From positions 21,977 through 85,976 of the forward strand of contig JBMORA010000044.1 of assembly GCA_049320885.1 (NCBI GenBank): a stretch of 64,000 nt of DNA. The letters run 5' to 3'. The DNA comes from Thermodesulfobacteriota bacterium. GTDB lineage: Bacteria > Desulfobacterota > Desulfobacteria > Desulfobacterales > SURF-7. The translations under genes and the position numbers were made by a program. Of this stretch, positions 18,044 through 30,000 are shown piece after piece (position 1 is the first letter of the stretch; each line of letters starts with the position of its first letter). Under the pieces are notes generated by a model that made no database searches, had not been told where the DNA came from, and saw only the letters and a list, made by a program, of their open reading frames with translations.

Positions 18044-19389
18044 AAACTGGCGATAGCGGTTGGGGCCGCCGATGGCTGAAAAAGAGAGGCATCGTGATAT
18101 TGCTCTGGGCAGCTGTTCTGGTCGCGGGTTGCACCGGGAAGAGCCCGGTTCGTCCGGAAGAGAATCCTGTCGGTGAAACGGTTTCCGATGAAGCCCAACA
18201 GCAGAAAATTTTCCAACAACTCAAAGAAGCCATGGACTCGGGTAAAACCAGGATCACCATCCATGCGGATGAAATTCCGGGGGTCTGCCAGCAGGGCGAC
18301 CTGGTGATGGTGGATTTCACGGCCCGCCTGGACAACGGAGAGTTCCTGGCCACCACCGTGGAAGCCGTTGCGGCCGTTGAAAAAAGTGGTCCGGACAATC
18401 CGTCTGATCCGTCCCGGATATTCCGGCCGGCGGCGGTTCTGGCCGGCGAAGGCGCCGACCTGCCAGGGATGGCTCAGGCCGTACTGGACATGAAAACCGG
18501 TGAACGCAAGACAGTGGCGGTTCCACCGCCAGAGGCCTTCGGGGTCAGCAAATCCGAAGACATCAAACAGTTCCCGTTGATCCGGCGCACTCCCAAGACA
18601 GTGGTGCTGGAGCCCCGGGAATATATCGGGCGCTTTCAGCGGTTTCCGGTGCAGGACAAGACCGTGATGTACAACCCCTACCTTTCCGGCCGGGTGGCGG
18701 CGGTGGACGAAAACCGGGCGGAATTGGTCCTGACGCCCATTGGGACAGAGGGGCAGGTGTTTCAGGAACCCTTTGGAACCATCCGCATCCAGGAGGAAGA
18801 AAACGCCTATGTGGTGACCCTGACGCCGCAACCGGGCGCGGTGTTTGAAATGCAGGAGCGCAAGGGCCGGATCGTGGCTGCGGATGGGGAACAATTCAGC
18901 GTGGATTTCAATCACCCCCTGGCAGATAAAACCCTGAATCTGGAAATCGAGGTGAAGGAAATCGTCAAGGCCTCCGCAGCCTGGTCCGTTTCGCTGGACT
19001 GGCTCGAAGATTATGATGCGGGCGTGAAACGCGGTAAGGCCGAGCAAAAACCCATGGTCTTGTTCCTGTTTGCCGACTGGTGCGAGTGGTGCCGGAAATT
19101 CAAGGAAGAGGTGTTCACCGATCCGCGGATCACCAGCCTGAAGGACCATTTTGTTTGGGTCAAGCTGAATTCGGACATCCACCGGGAGTACAAGGAGTCC
19201 TTTGAACAGACCTCCTTTCCCAAGCTGCTGGTGCTCGATCCCGGGGAGGCGATCATGACCTCCTTCGAAGGATTCAGGGATGCAACGGCGTTGCGGGCCA
19301 CATTGGTGGGCGCCATGGAACGGATGGAATTCGAAAGCGGTAACACTAAAAACGAACATTTATTTTTACATCCCTATAATAAACCCTGA
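18040..19389 (+). CDS. Lipoprotein: FKBP/SlyD-like PPIase fused to a thioredoxin domain
   Basis: Lipobox VAGC; VDFTARLDNG, VPPPEAFG, DFNHPLA; WCEWC motif. Confidence 0.8.
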   Translation: MKTGDSGWGRRWLKKRGIVILLWAAVLVAGCTGKSPVRPEENPVGETVSDEAQQQKIFQQLKEAMDSGKTRITIHADEIPGVCQQGDLVMVDFTARLDNGEFLATTVEAVAAVEKSGPDNPSDPSRIFRPAAVLAGEGADLPGMAQAVLDMKTGERKTVAVPPPEAFGVSKSEDIKQFPLIRRTPKTVVLEPREYIGRFQRFPVQDKTVMYNPYLSGRVAAVDENRAELVLTPIGTEGQVFQEPFGTIRIQEEENAYVVTLTPQPGAVFEMQERKGRIVAADGEQFSVDFNHPLADKTLNLEIEVKEIVKASAAWSVSLDWLEDYDAGVKRGKAEQKPMVLFLFADWCEWCRKFKEEVFTDPRITSLKDHFVWVKLNSDIHREYKESFEQTSFPKLLVLDPGEAIMTSFEGFRDATALRATLVGAMERMEFESGNTKNEHLFLHPYNKP

Positions 19390-19404
19390 TCAAAAGACGT
19401 TCTT

Positions 19405-21054
19405 ATGAGTGTTGTGGAAAACCGTTTGTCTGATTTCGGCAGAACCCGAAAGCCGGTCTATGGAAACAGCAGGATTTTTTTCCGGGCATTGTTGCTGGCC
19501 TGCCTCATCTTCTGCCGGCTGCTGTCTCCGGTCATGGCGGAGGAAGAGAAAGTCATTTTCGCCATTGACGGATTCGCCGTTGCCGGCAATACCCTGCTGC
19601 CGGAAGCGGAAATCGCCGTTGTTCTGGAACCCTTGGCCGGTCCACGCAAATCCGCTGAGGATGTGGAAACGGCCAGGACCGTCCTGGAAAAATTCTACCG
19701 CGACCAGGGATATCCCACGGTGATGGTGAACATCCCGGAACAGGATGTCGAGAGCGGTACCATTCGCCTGGAAGTGGTGGAGGGCCGTGTCCGGAATCTG
19801 ATCATCACCGGCAACCGGTACTTCACCATGGAGAAAATCACCCGGGATCTGCCGTCCTTTGCTCCAGGCGAGATCGTTTACCTGCCCAGGGCCAGAAAAG
19901 AACTCGCCCGGATCAACCGCAATCCGGACTTCAAGGTCGCGCCGGTGATGAGCCCCGGCAAATATCCCGGAACCGTGGACGTGGAAATGAAGGTCAAGGA
20001 CCGTCTGCCCCTGCACGGCAATTTGGAGGTGAACAACCGGGCCACCCACGACACCAGCGATCTGCGCCTGAACGCCGGCCTGCACTATGACAACCTCTGG
20101 CAGAAGGAGCATTCCATTTCCTTTCAATACCAGACCTCTCCCCTTGAGCCTGCGGAGGTCCAGGCCCTGTCCGGCTCCTACCTGCTGCGAGCGCCCTGGA
20201 ACGACAACAACATGCTGGCATTGTTCGGCGTCTGGTCGGACAGCGATACGGCCTTCGGCGACGGCTTCGAAGTCATCGGCAAGGGGTTTCTGATGGGAGC
20301 GCGCTATGTGGTGCCCCTGCCGGAGGCGGATCGGTTTTCCCACCATGTCACTCTGGGGTTGGACTACAAGGATTTCGAGGAAAAAACCGGACTGAGCGGC
20401 GCTCCGGAGGACTCCGGAGATACGGTCCCCATCACCTATATGCCCTTATCCGTCGCCTACGGGGCCCAATTGCCGGACGCCGGCGGTCTCACGAAATTCG
20501 AGGCCGGGCTGAATCTCTGTTTCCGGGGCGCGGTGACCGACCAGCGGGAATTCGAGGACAAACGGTACAAGGCCAAGGGCAATTACCTCGCGTTCCGGCT
20601 GGGTATGGAACGAACCCAGCAACTGTTTGCCGGACTCAAAGGCTGGCTTCGCATGGACGGACAGCTTGCCAATCAACCCCTGGTGAACAATGAGCAGTAT
20701 ATCGCCGGCGGCATGACCAGCGTTCGCGGTTACAAGGAAAGCGAAGCCGTGGGGGATGACGCGTTTCATACCATGCTGGAACTGCGGGGGCCGGACTTGA
20801 TGCGGCTGGTGAAGGGTGACAAACGCTTCAAGATCAGACCCTTTTGTTTTTACGATTACGCCGCCCTGCGCATCCAGGATCCCCTTCCACTGGAGAACCA
20901 GCCGGAGGCCCTGCAGGGCGCGGGCTGCGGCGTGCGGGGCTATATCACCAATCATTTCGCCTATGAAGTGGACTGGGCCCTGGCCCTGGCCGACACGGAC
21001 AAAGTAGCGGCCGGCGATTCCAGGGCGTATTTTCAAGGAAAATTCGAATTTTGA
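19405..21054 (+). CDS. TpsB (ShlB/FhaC/HecB family) two-partner secretion transporter
   Basis: POTRA-like Y..QGY....V.IPEQ....G.I.L.VVEG, VRGY motif, C-terminal Phe. Confidence 0.92.
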   Translation: MSVVENRLSDFGRTRKPVYGNSRIFFRALLLACLIFCRLLSPVMAEEEKVIFAIDGFAVAGNTLLPEAEIAVVLEPLAGPRKSAEDVETARTVLEKFYRDQGYPTVMVNIPEQDVESGTIRLEVVEGRVRNLIITGNRYFTMEKITRDLPSFAPGEIVYLPRARKELARINRNPDFKVAPVMSPGKYPGTVDVEMKVKDRLPLHGNLEVNNRATHDTSDLRLNAGLHYDNLWQKEHSISFQYQTSPLEPAEVQALSGSYLLRAPWNDNNMLALFGVWSDSDTAFGDGFEVIGKGFLMGARYVVPLPEADRFSHHVTLGLDYKDFEEKTGLSGAPEDSGDTVPITYMPLSVAYGAQLPDAGGLTKFEAGLNLCFRGAVTDQREFEDKRYKAKGNYLAFRLGMERTQQLFAGLKGWLRMDGQLANQPLVNNEQYIAGGMTSVRGYKESEAVGDDAFHTMLELRGPDLMRLVKGDKRFKIRPFCFYDYAALRIQDPLPLENQPEALQGAGCGVRGYITNHFAYEVDWALALADTDKVAAGDSRAYFQGKFEF

Positions 21055-21067
21055 CAGGAGCCATGCC

Positions 21068-24000
21068 ATGACGGCCGCCGGAAAACCCAACTTTGCCAGA
21101 GCCAACCGTTTTTGGACCGCAATCATCTGCGGCGCCGTGCTGATGCCCCTGATGGCCCTTGCGGGTCCCACCATCCCCGGATTCTATGGTTCGAGCAGCA
21201 CGCCGGCGCCCAATCCTCCGGCTGCCGGGGCACTGCCGGTGGTCAAGGAGGTTGTCCAGAACGCCACACTCGAGAAAAAGACCGACACAAATCTGGTGGT
21301 GCACCAGACCGACTCCAAAGCCGTTATCAACTGGAAATCATTTAATATCGGCGCCAAGGCCTGGACCCATTTCGATCAGCAGGGCAACACGGACTGGACC
21401 GCCCTGAACCGCATTTACGACCACAACCCCAGCCAGATCTTCGGCCGTCTCACCGCCGACGGTCGGGTCTACCTGATCAACCAGAACGGCATCCTCTTCG
21501 GCCCCGGCTCCCAGGTGAACGTGCACACCCTTACCGCCTCAGCCCTGAACATCAGCGATGGCGATTTTCTGGACAACATTCTGCACTTCAACCTGGAGAA
21601 TTACACGGGCCGGGAATACGGCGAGGACGATATCCCCCTGGCGGACCGGCGGGTGTCCAACCACGGCGATATCCAGGCCCGGGTGAACGGGTCGGTGTTC
21701 CTGCTGGGACCCCATGTGGAAAACAGCGGCGCCATCGACGCCCCTTACGGCCAGGCGGCCCTGGGGGCCGGAACCGCCATCCGGCTGGAGAACGCCCAGG
21801 ATTATCAAGGCCAGGAAAACAGCACACGGGTGGCGCGGCTGGTCAATGTTACCGGGGGCGGTGGCACGGCGGACAATTTCGCCGGCGCCGAACTCACCGC
21901 GGACCAGGGTGTGGCCGGGATGTACGGCGGTGTGGTGAACCAGGAGGGTTTGATCCGTTCCGTGACGGCGGTCAAGAAAGCCGGTCGTATCGAACTGATT
22001 GCCGCGGACAAGATCCGCCTGGGGGAGGAGAGCTGCACCCTCAGCCCCGTCAGCACCTCCACGGAAGCGGTGCACGAGTCCTTCACGTTTCAAGGCGGGG
22101 AAATCTATCTGCAGGGCCACGACCCGGACCAAGCCTGGCAATTTGACGCCACGGCCAACGACAACAATTTCTGCCGGCGCATCGAACTGTACGGCGATAT
22201 CACGGCGCCTTCGGGCAAGGTCTACGCCAACGCCCGGGAGCGCCTGTACATGGACGACCGCAGCACCATCGATGTGGGCGCCAGCGTGGTGGCCCTCGAC
22301 GCCGGGGCCAACATTCTCAAAGCCCAATTGAACAGCGTGGAAATGCGCGACGATTACGGCCAGAAGGGCGGCATTCTGCAAGGCGAGACGATTTATTTCG
22401 ACGCCCATGCCGGATCGGCGGTGGGCAATATGTCCCAGCATCTGGCCTCCGAGGAAAAAACCGCCCTGGAGCGCAGCGCGGAAACGAGCGGCACCATCCA
22501 GCTGGCGGCCAAATCCGGGGACCTGATCATCAGGGAAAACGCCCGGCTCGATTTCGCCGGCGGCGGCGTCTGGTACAACTCCGGCAATGTGGCCACCACC
22601 AAACTGGTCTCCGGCCGCCGGGTGTACGATATCAGCGCGGCCCCCCAGTGGATCGCCTATGATACAATCCTGGGGGACAATGTCAAGGGAGTGTCCTACG
22701 GCGGTCCTGCCGGCCTGAAGGAATACGGCGCCATGCATTTCGAGGGCTCGGACGCCGGCATTTTGAACCTCTATGCCAGCCGCCTAGTCCTGGACGGCGA
22801 ACTGGACGGCCGGGCCTTTGCCGGCGCCTACCAGACCCTGGCCGACAACCCCACGGACGAGTACGGCGATGACGCGGCCCGGGGACTGGCCGAGCCGCAG
22901 GGCGGATCCTTGACCGTGGGATACGATAACAAAGACAATGACAGTGCGGCGACGGACCGCCAGACCGAACGAATCGTGCTGAAGCAGGCTGTGGCCCCGG
23001 CCACCGAAATGACCGCCGAGACCCCCTATTATGAACGCTATCCCGGCAAGCAGGGGCTGGTCTATAGCGAATCCGGCGATGCGGTCCAGACCAGTTATCT
23101 TGCCACGGAAAAGCTGAACGCGGCCGGCCTCGGCAGCATCAGCCTCAACGCCAACACGGAAATCCGCCTGGAAACCGGTGCCGACCTGGAGCTGGCGCCC
23201 GGCGCTAGCCTCACCTGCACGGCCCGGGGTATCGACATCAACAGCAGCATCCACATTCCATCCGGCACCGTGAATTTGACAGCCCAGGATTCCCATACCG
23301 GGTTCGCGGGCGACACCTATGTGGCCATGCCGGAACAGATCCACCTGGGGGAGCATGCGGTGGTTTCCACCGCCGGGGAGCGCGTCGACAACACCCGGAT
23401 CCGTTCCGGTGAAGCCGCCGTTGCTGAAGTCGGTAGGCTGGACGGCGGCAATGTCTACCTGGACGACCGGATCGACACCAACATGACCGGCAACCAGGCG
23501 GGGGTCCTTGTCGACGGCGGCGCCCGCGTGGATGTCAGCGCCGGCTGGCGCATCGACCGGGAAGGTGGGGTCACGGGCGGCGACGCCGGCACCTTGCGGC
23601 TCCAGTCTGCCATGATGGCTCTGGACGGCAGCCTCCAGGGCCTGTCCCTTTCGGGTTCTTCCGGCGGGAAACTGGAAATCCAGACCCGTTATCTGACCAT
23701 TGCGTCGGCCGGAGCCGATCCGGCGCGAATCGATGCTTCCGGCATGGTGTTGGCGGATGATCGTTTTGCGGACAGCGGGTTCGGTAAGTACAAATTATGG
23801 GCCGTGGACGATGTCCGCCTGCTGGAAGGCGTCCGCCTGACGCCGTCACTGACGAAACTCGCTGATCCCGTACCATCGTCTGCTGTCCTTCCGGGGGCCG
23901 ACAGCCGGACCGTCCGGGATTCCGGAGCGGCGGATTCGGCGAATGTCCGGCAAACCCTGGAAGTTTCCGTTGATGACATCGGCGCCACGAGTATCAGTCT

Positions 24001-27000
24001 CCAGACCGATAAAAGTTTTGAAGGCATTTTTTATGATGCCGGAGAGCTGAACACCCCGGCGGAAATGACCATCGCCGCCGGGGCGGTCATTGCCCTGCCG
24101 CCGGAAGGGAGTATTTTCCTGAAATCGGCCGGCGCAATGGAAATGGCCGGCGAACTTATGGCGCCGGCCGGCGCCATCGATCTGGCCACGACCTACACCG
24201 GTTCAGACCTGACCATCGGCCCGGATGCCGTTATCTCCGCTGCCGGATACAACCGTCCGGAAGCGGAAAGCCCGCTTTCTTCCGGTATGCCGGTGCACTA
24301 TACACCACTTGACGGCGGCAACATCCGCCTGAACGCCGGGCCGGGCAGCCTGGTGGTGGGGGAAAACGCGGTCCTGGATGTTTCCGGATCCGCGACCGTG
24401 GAGCAGGTTCAGGCCAGCGGTGACGGCGCCATCCAAAAAACCATTGCGGCCAGCGAACCCGGTTCCATCGAGCTTGCTTTTTATGACAGCCTGGACATTT
24501 CCAGCCATGCCGAACTGCTGGGCAATGCCGCCCTTGCCGGTCTTCCGGGAGGGGCACTGACCATCGAGCGCACCAATCCTTCCGCAGGCCTGTCCCTGTC
24601 GGCGGCAGGCTTGCAGACCTCCGCCGATGGCGTCGTGAGCATTCAACCCTGGGCGGACCGGGCCTGCGGGTTCGACGCCCTGACCATCAGAAGCGGCCAT
24701 GAGATCACGTTTATGGAAAGCCTGAACCTTCGCACGGCCCGGAGCATCACCCTGGACGCGCCCCTGCTGCGCACCCGGGGAATGACCGGCGTGACCGTCG
24801 AGGCTCCCTGGGTGACCCTCGGCAACACCACCAATTCGTATGGAGCGGACCGCAACGCCGGTGTGGAAGCCGGAAACGGTGTTTTTCAGGTGCTGGCGGA
24901 CTGGATCGATCTCAAGGGCGATATCCGCATCACCGGCGTGGCCGCTGACACGCCGGGTGTCCGGCTGGTTGCGGAACGGGATATCCGCCTGGATGACGAG
25001 TATTATGTAAAGATTCAGCCGGCGATGTACTATCAGGGATTGCTGTCGGTTCCCGGCGATATCACCATGACCGCCGCCCGGATCTACCCCACCACCCAGA
25101 CCGATTTCACCATATCCACCGGCGGCACCCTGACCACCGCCTATTCCTTTGAACCCATTGGCGGGCCGGTGTATTCCGCAGCCAGCAGCCTGACGATTCT
25201 GGCCGGCAGCCTCCATCACCAGGGGGCACTGCTTTCGCCCATGGGCCGGATCGTGCTGGCCGAAGATATGGAAACCCGGATCGTGAACGGGGTTTCCATC
25301 ATCGATTATCTGCCCATGGAGCGGGTGTTTCTGGCCCCCGGCAGCCTCCTGTCCGTCAAGGGGGATGCCCGGGTGAACTACGGCGGTTTCGATGAACAGG
25401 CCATTGCCTGGCGCTATATCGATAAAGCCAAACATGAACAGGTGCCCACCTCCGAAATCCAGGCGGCGCCGGAAAGATCCATCACCATCGAAGGCCGGGA
25501 GGTGATCGTGCGAAACGACGCCGAAATCGATGTTTCCGGCGGCGGCAGCCTGTTCGGATACCGGTTTCTGAAAGGCATCGAGGGCAGCCTGGACCCCCTG
25601 GGCGTGGGCGGCCGGTACGTGATTCTGCCCGACAACCGTTTCGCCGTTCCTGGACGGATGATTCACCTGTCCGGCGTCGACGGTCTGAAAGAAGGGAATT
25701 ATTACTTGCTGCCCGAGGAATTCGCCTTTCTTGAGGACGCCATCGTCATTACCGACCTGGGAGTCAATCTCAACCCGGTGAAGGCCGCGCTCACGGAAGA
25801 AGGCTATCCCATTGTAACCGGGCAAAGCGTGTTCAGTGAAAGTGGCGGACAGTCACCCGTGGTGCACGAGTATTCCGTGCGCAAAGCGGAGGATGTGCGC
25901 AAGGAAGGCTATTTTGCCCAGGACTCCCTGCCGGCCGCTGATGCCGGCGATATCGTCATCACCGGCGCCAGCACGGTTTTCGACGGTGATATCAGCGCCG
26001 ATCCGTTGACGGCCGAGGAAGCCGGCACGGATGCGGGGGGAAAAGGCGGGCTGCTGTCCCTGAGCGGCGTCAACATCACCGTGGGAGCTGTCGGCGGGAC
26101 GACTGCCATCGATTTTGAGGACGAGCTGTCGGCGGACATGCTTGACCAGTTGATCGTGGGCCCTGAAGCCCTGGCAGGCGGCGACTTGAGCAAAATCGTT
26201 CTGGGAGATCCAGAGGTGACCCAAACCATTGTGATCGGCCAGGGCGGCAAGCTTGCCGCCAGCGAGATCGACCTCACGGCCGCCAAGGACATCCAAGTGG
26301 CCGGCGGGGCCGAAATCGTCGTCCGGGAAGGCGCCGGGAAGGTCGACTTCAGCAGCGGAAAGGAAATCCGCATCGATTCCGGTGCGGAAGTGAGCGCCGC
26401 TGAAATAAGTCTGGACACCCATGAGCTGGTTCTGGAAGGGGACGTGAATCCCGGAGAATCCCTGACCCTGGCCGGCGACTCCATCTATCTTGTGGACGAC
26501 GGATATGGGGGGAGCGTCGCGGATTTGGAGGGCCTGGTGCTCCGGGAAGGCGATTGGGCGAAGTTCAATACCGGCGCCATCAAGCTGCAAAGCCGGTCCG
26601 TCTTGACGTTGATCGGGGAAGTGGACCTGGACGTAAGCGGTGGCGCCGGCGCATTGAGCATCGACACGGCCGGCATCCGGGGCCGGGAGACCACCGCGAT
26701 CAGCACACTGACCGCCGGCGCCATCCGGCTGACCAACACCGGAGCCGGTTTCAGCGATGACGGCGGTGAAAGCCAGGGCCGACTGGAACTGAAGGCCGGT
26801 GACAGGTTTACCGTGGGACCCGGCGAGATGCGGGTCCGCGGCTTTGAAACCATCCTGCTGGCCGGCGGCGAAGAACTGGTTTTCCAGGGCGCGGGCAGCC
26901 TGGTAACCGGCAATGCCCATCTGCTTCTGGAATCCGGGGTTGTCCGTACATCGGCTTTCCAGGAGAAGGTTCTTGCCGCCACCGGGGAACTATTGCTGGC

Positions 27001-30000
27001 AAGCCGGCCGGCCGATTTCCGAATCCAGACCGGGTCCGGCGATCTGCGGATCATGGCGCCGCAAGCGGCCGGCGGTTCAACCGGTGCAACAGCGGTGGCC
27101 GGCAGCCTGTCCCTGGAGGGGGACGGCGTTTTCATCGGCAGCCTGGTGGATGTGGCCGGCGGGAGCTTCAAGGCGGTCAGCCACGGGGAGGGGGTCGTCC
27201 TGGAGACAGGCGGCCGCATTGCTGCTGTGGAAGAGGGCGCCGCATCCGGCGGACGAATCGAACTGGCGGCGGACAACGGCGGCTCGGTAACGATCATGGA
27301 AGGTTCCCGCCTGGATGTCTCCGGCGGGGGTGACGCCGGCAGCATCCACCTGACCGCTCCCCGGGGCGGCGCGACCGTGGACGGGGAACTCCGGGCGGAA
27401 CACGGCGCAGCCGAAAGGGGCGGCGAATTCAGCCTGGACACCGGCGCCATCGATGATTTCGCCTCTCTGTCATCCCTGCTGGCCGACGGCGGTTTCGATG
27501 AAGCCGTTTCCCTGCGATCCCGCACCGGTGATGTGAATCTGTCCGCGGATATCGCGGCCCATGAGTTTGCACTCACCGTCGACGGCGGCGGCATCAGCCT
27601 GACCCATGCTGTTCAGGCCGGCGGCATGGAAGGCGGGCGGGTGGAACTGAATGCAGTCGGCGATATTGTCCTGTCTTCCGGAGCGCGGATCGACGCTGGT
27701 GCCCGGGAGACCGGCCAGGACGGCGGGTTTGTGCAACTCCATTCCTCGACGGGCGCCATCGATCTCCAGGGTGACAGCGAGATACTGGTGTCCGGCGCCG
27801 GGACCGGCCAGGACGGCGAAGTTCTGCTGCGGGCTGGACAGAACGGGACCGCCGGACCGGCCATGACCCTGAACGGGAACATCACCGGCGCAGCCGCCGT
27901 GAATGTCGAAAGCGTGACGGTTTATAAGGATCAGACATCCATCGACAGCGCCCGGCTGGCCGCCTGGAAGGAAAAACTGCGCGCCGACATGAACGCCATG
28001 ACCGCTGGTGGCGTTAAAAACCGGATGACGGCCGGCCTGAATATGCGGGACCGCTCCGGCGCGTCCCTGTCCGGCGACGAGGAAACTGCCCGGCTGCATC
28101 TCAAGCCGGGGCTGGAAGTGCGCAGCACGGAAACCGGAGGCCTGAGCCTGGATACGGATTGGACCTTACACCCCGCATCGGCTGCAGACACAGGCTGGCG
28201 CTTCGGCGGAGAAGCTGGGGCATTGACCTTGCGGTCGGCGGGTGATCTGACCGTCAACGGCTCCATTATCGACAACCCGTCTGCATCCGCCGGCCTCAGT
28301 CTTCCGGCCGGACTGGATTCCTGGGATATCCGCTTCACGGCCGGAGCGGATCTGGCCGGCGCCGATCCCGGGGCCGCAATCACCGGTTCCGGGGATCTGA
28401 AGATCCAGAACAATCGTCAGATCTACACCGAAAGCGGCCGGATCATGTTTTCATCGGCCGGCGACGCCATTCTGGGCGCGACCGGCAGCGTCTCCACCAC
28501 CGTCTTTCCCTATTGTCTCGCCACCCATGCCGGCGACATCCGCGGCCGGGTGGGGCGTAATCTGGAACTCAGCGGCAGCGACATTCAGAGCGGCACCGGC
28601 GACATTGGGATCGACGTTGGCGGTAATCTGATTGCCGGACAAAGCGGTTCCGGCGCCACCAGGCATGTGGGCTCCATCCGCACCACCGGCGAGGCGCCGG
28701 GAGACGGAGCAACTGCCAAAGACTACTGGGATTACCGCAACGGCGGGGACATTGAAGTGAACGTGGGCGGGGACGTGCTCGCCGCCGTAAACCGCAATGC
28801 CTGGGATTCCCGGGAGCAGAAAATCGATCTGGAGACCCAGACCGTGACCTACATGTGGTCCCCCAGTTTCAAGGGGGTATCTGGCACCCAAGGGTTCGCC
28901 ACCCTGGGCGGAGGAAATCTCTCGATCCAGGCTGGCGGAGATTTTATCGGCCAGGGCGGCGCCTTCGGACCCGGCGATGTCATCATTGATTCGGGCAACG
29001 ATCTGGACGGGTATTTTCTGGTCAACCAGGGCCGCGGCCTGTTCACCGCCCGCGGCAATTACGGCCTGAATGCCAAATATCCGGATCAAAGCATCGAACT
29101 AATGGCCGCAACGGCGGAGGTGAGGGCCGGAGGCAGCGTTTATCTGGGCACGGTGTTCAACCCCACCATCGCCGGGGATGTGTTCTGGGCCTCCTTCGGC
29201 GGCAAGAATCCGGAATGGAACATGACCTATGCCTGTGACGGATGGGATGATCCGGAGAATCCCGGCGCCGCCGGTTTTAACAGCGGCATTTCCCTGACAG
29301 CCCGTGCTGGCGATGTGCTGTTGAGCGGCGAAAAACCGCCCGGTTCGTTCACGGAATCCTATTTGGAGGGAATCCAGCGCCTTCTGCCGCCAGTGGTTTC
29401 GGTCAGCGCTTTCCGGGATATCTATCTCGAAAATGATTTCTTCCTGGCGCCTTCCCCGAAGGGGAATTTGACCCTGTCCGCCGGCCGGGACATCCATGCG
29501 GAAACCGGCAAGCAGCCGGCCAACCTGGTCATGTCGGACCTGGATCCGGCCACTCTTTACGGAAGGCAAACGGCGGCGGACTGGAATGTGTCAACAAATG
29601 CCGACGTGAGCAGGAGCATCGTCGCCAAACTGATTACCACGCGCGGCCGCGCCGTCGAATCCCACAGCGCCCGGCCGGTCCATGCGGACGATGACGAGCC
29701 GGTGCGCATCCAGGCCGGCAATGACATCATCAAGCTGAAAATGGTTCTGCCCAAACAGGCGGAAATCACGGCGGGTCATGACCTAGTGGATATCGGTTAC
29801 ATGGGACAGAACGTCCGGGAAGGGGACGAGAGCCGCGTCCGGGCCGGCCACGACATCCGCTTCAGCGCCGAAGCGGCCAGTACGGATTCACTCAAATACA
29901 TCTGGCAGGGCGGCCCGGGCCTCCTGCTGGTGTCGGCCGGCAACCGCATCGATCTGGGCGCTTCCGACGGTATCGAAGCCACCGGCACCTTGTGGAATCC

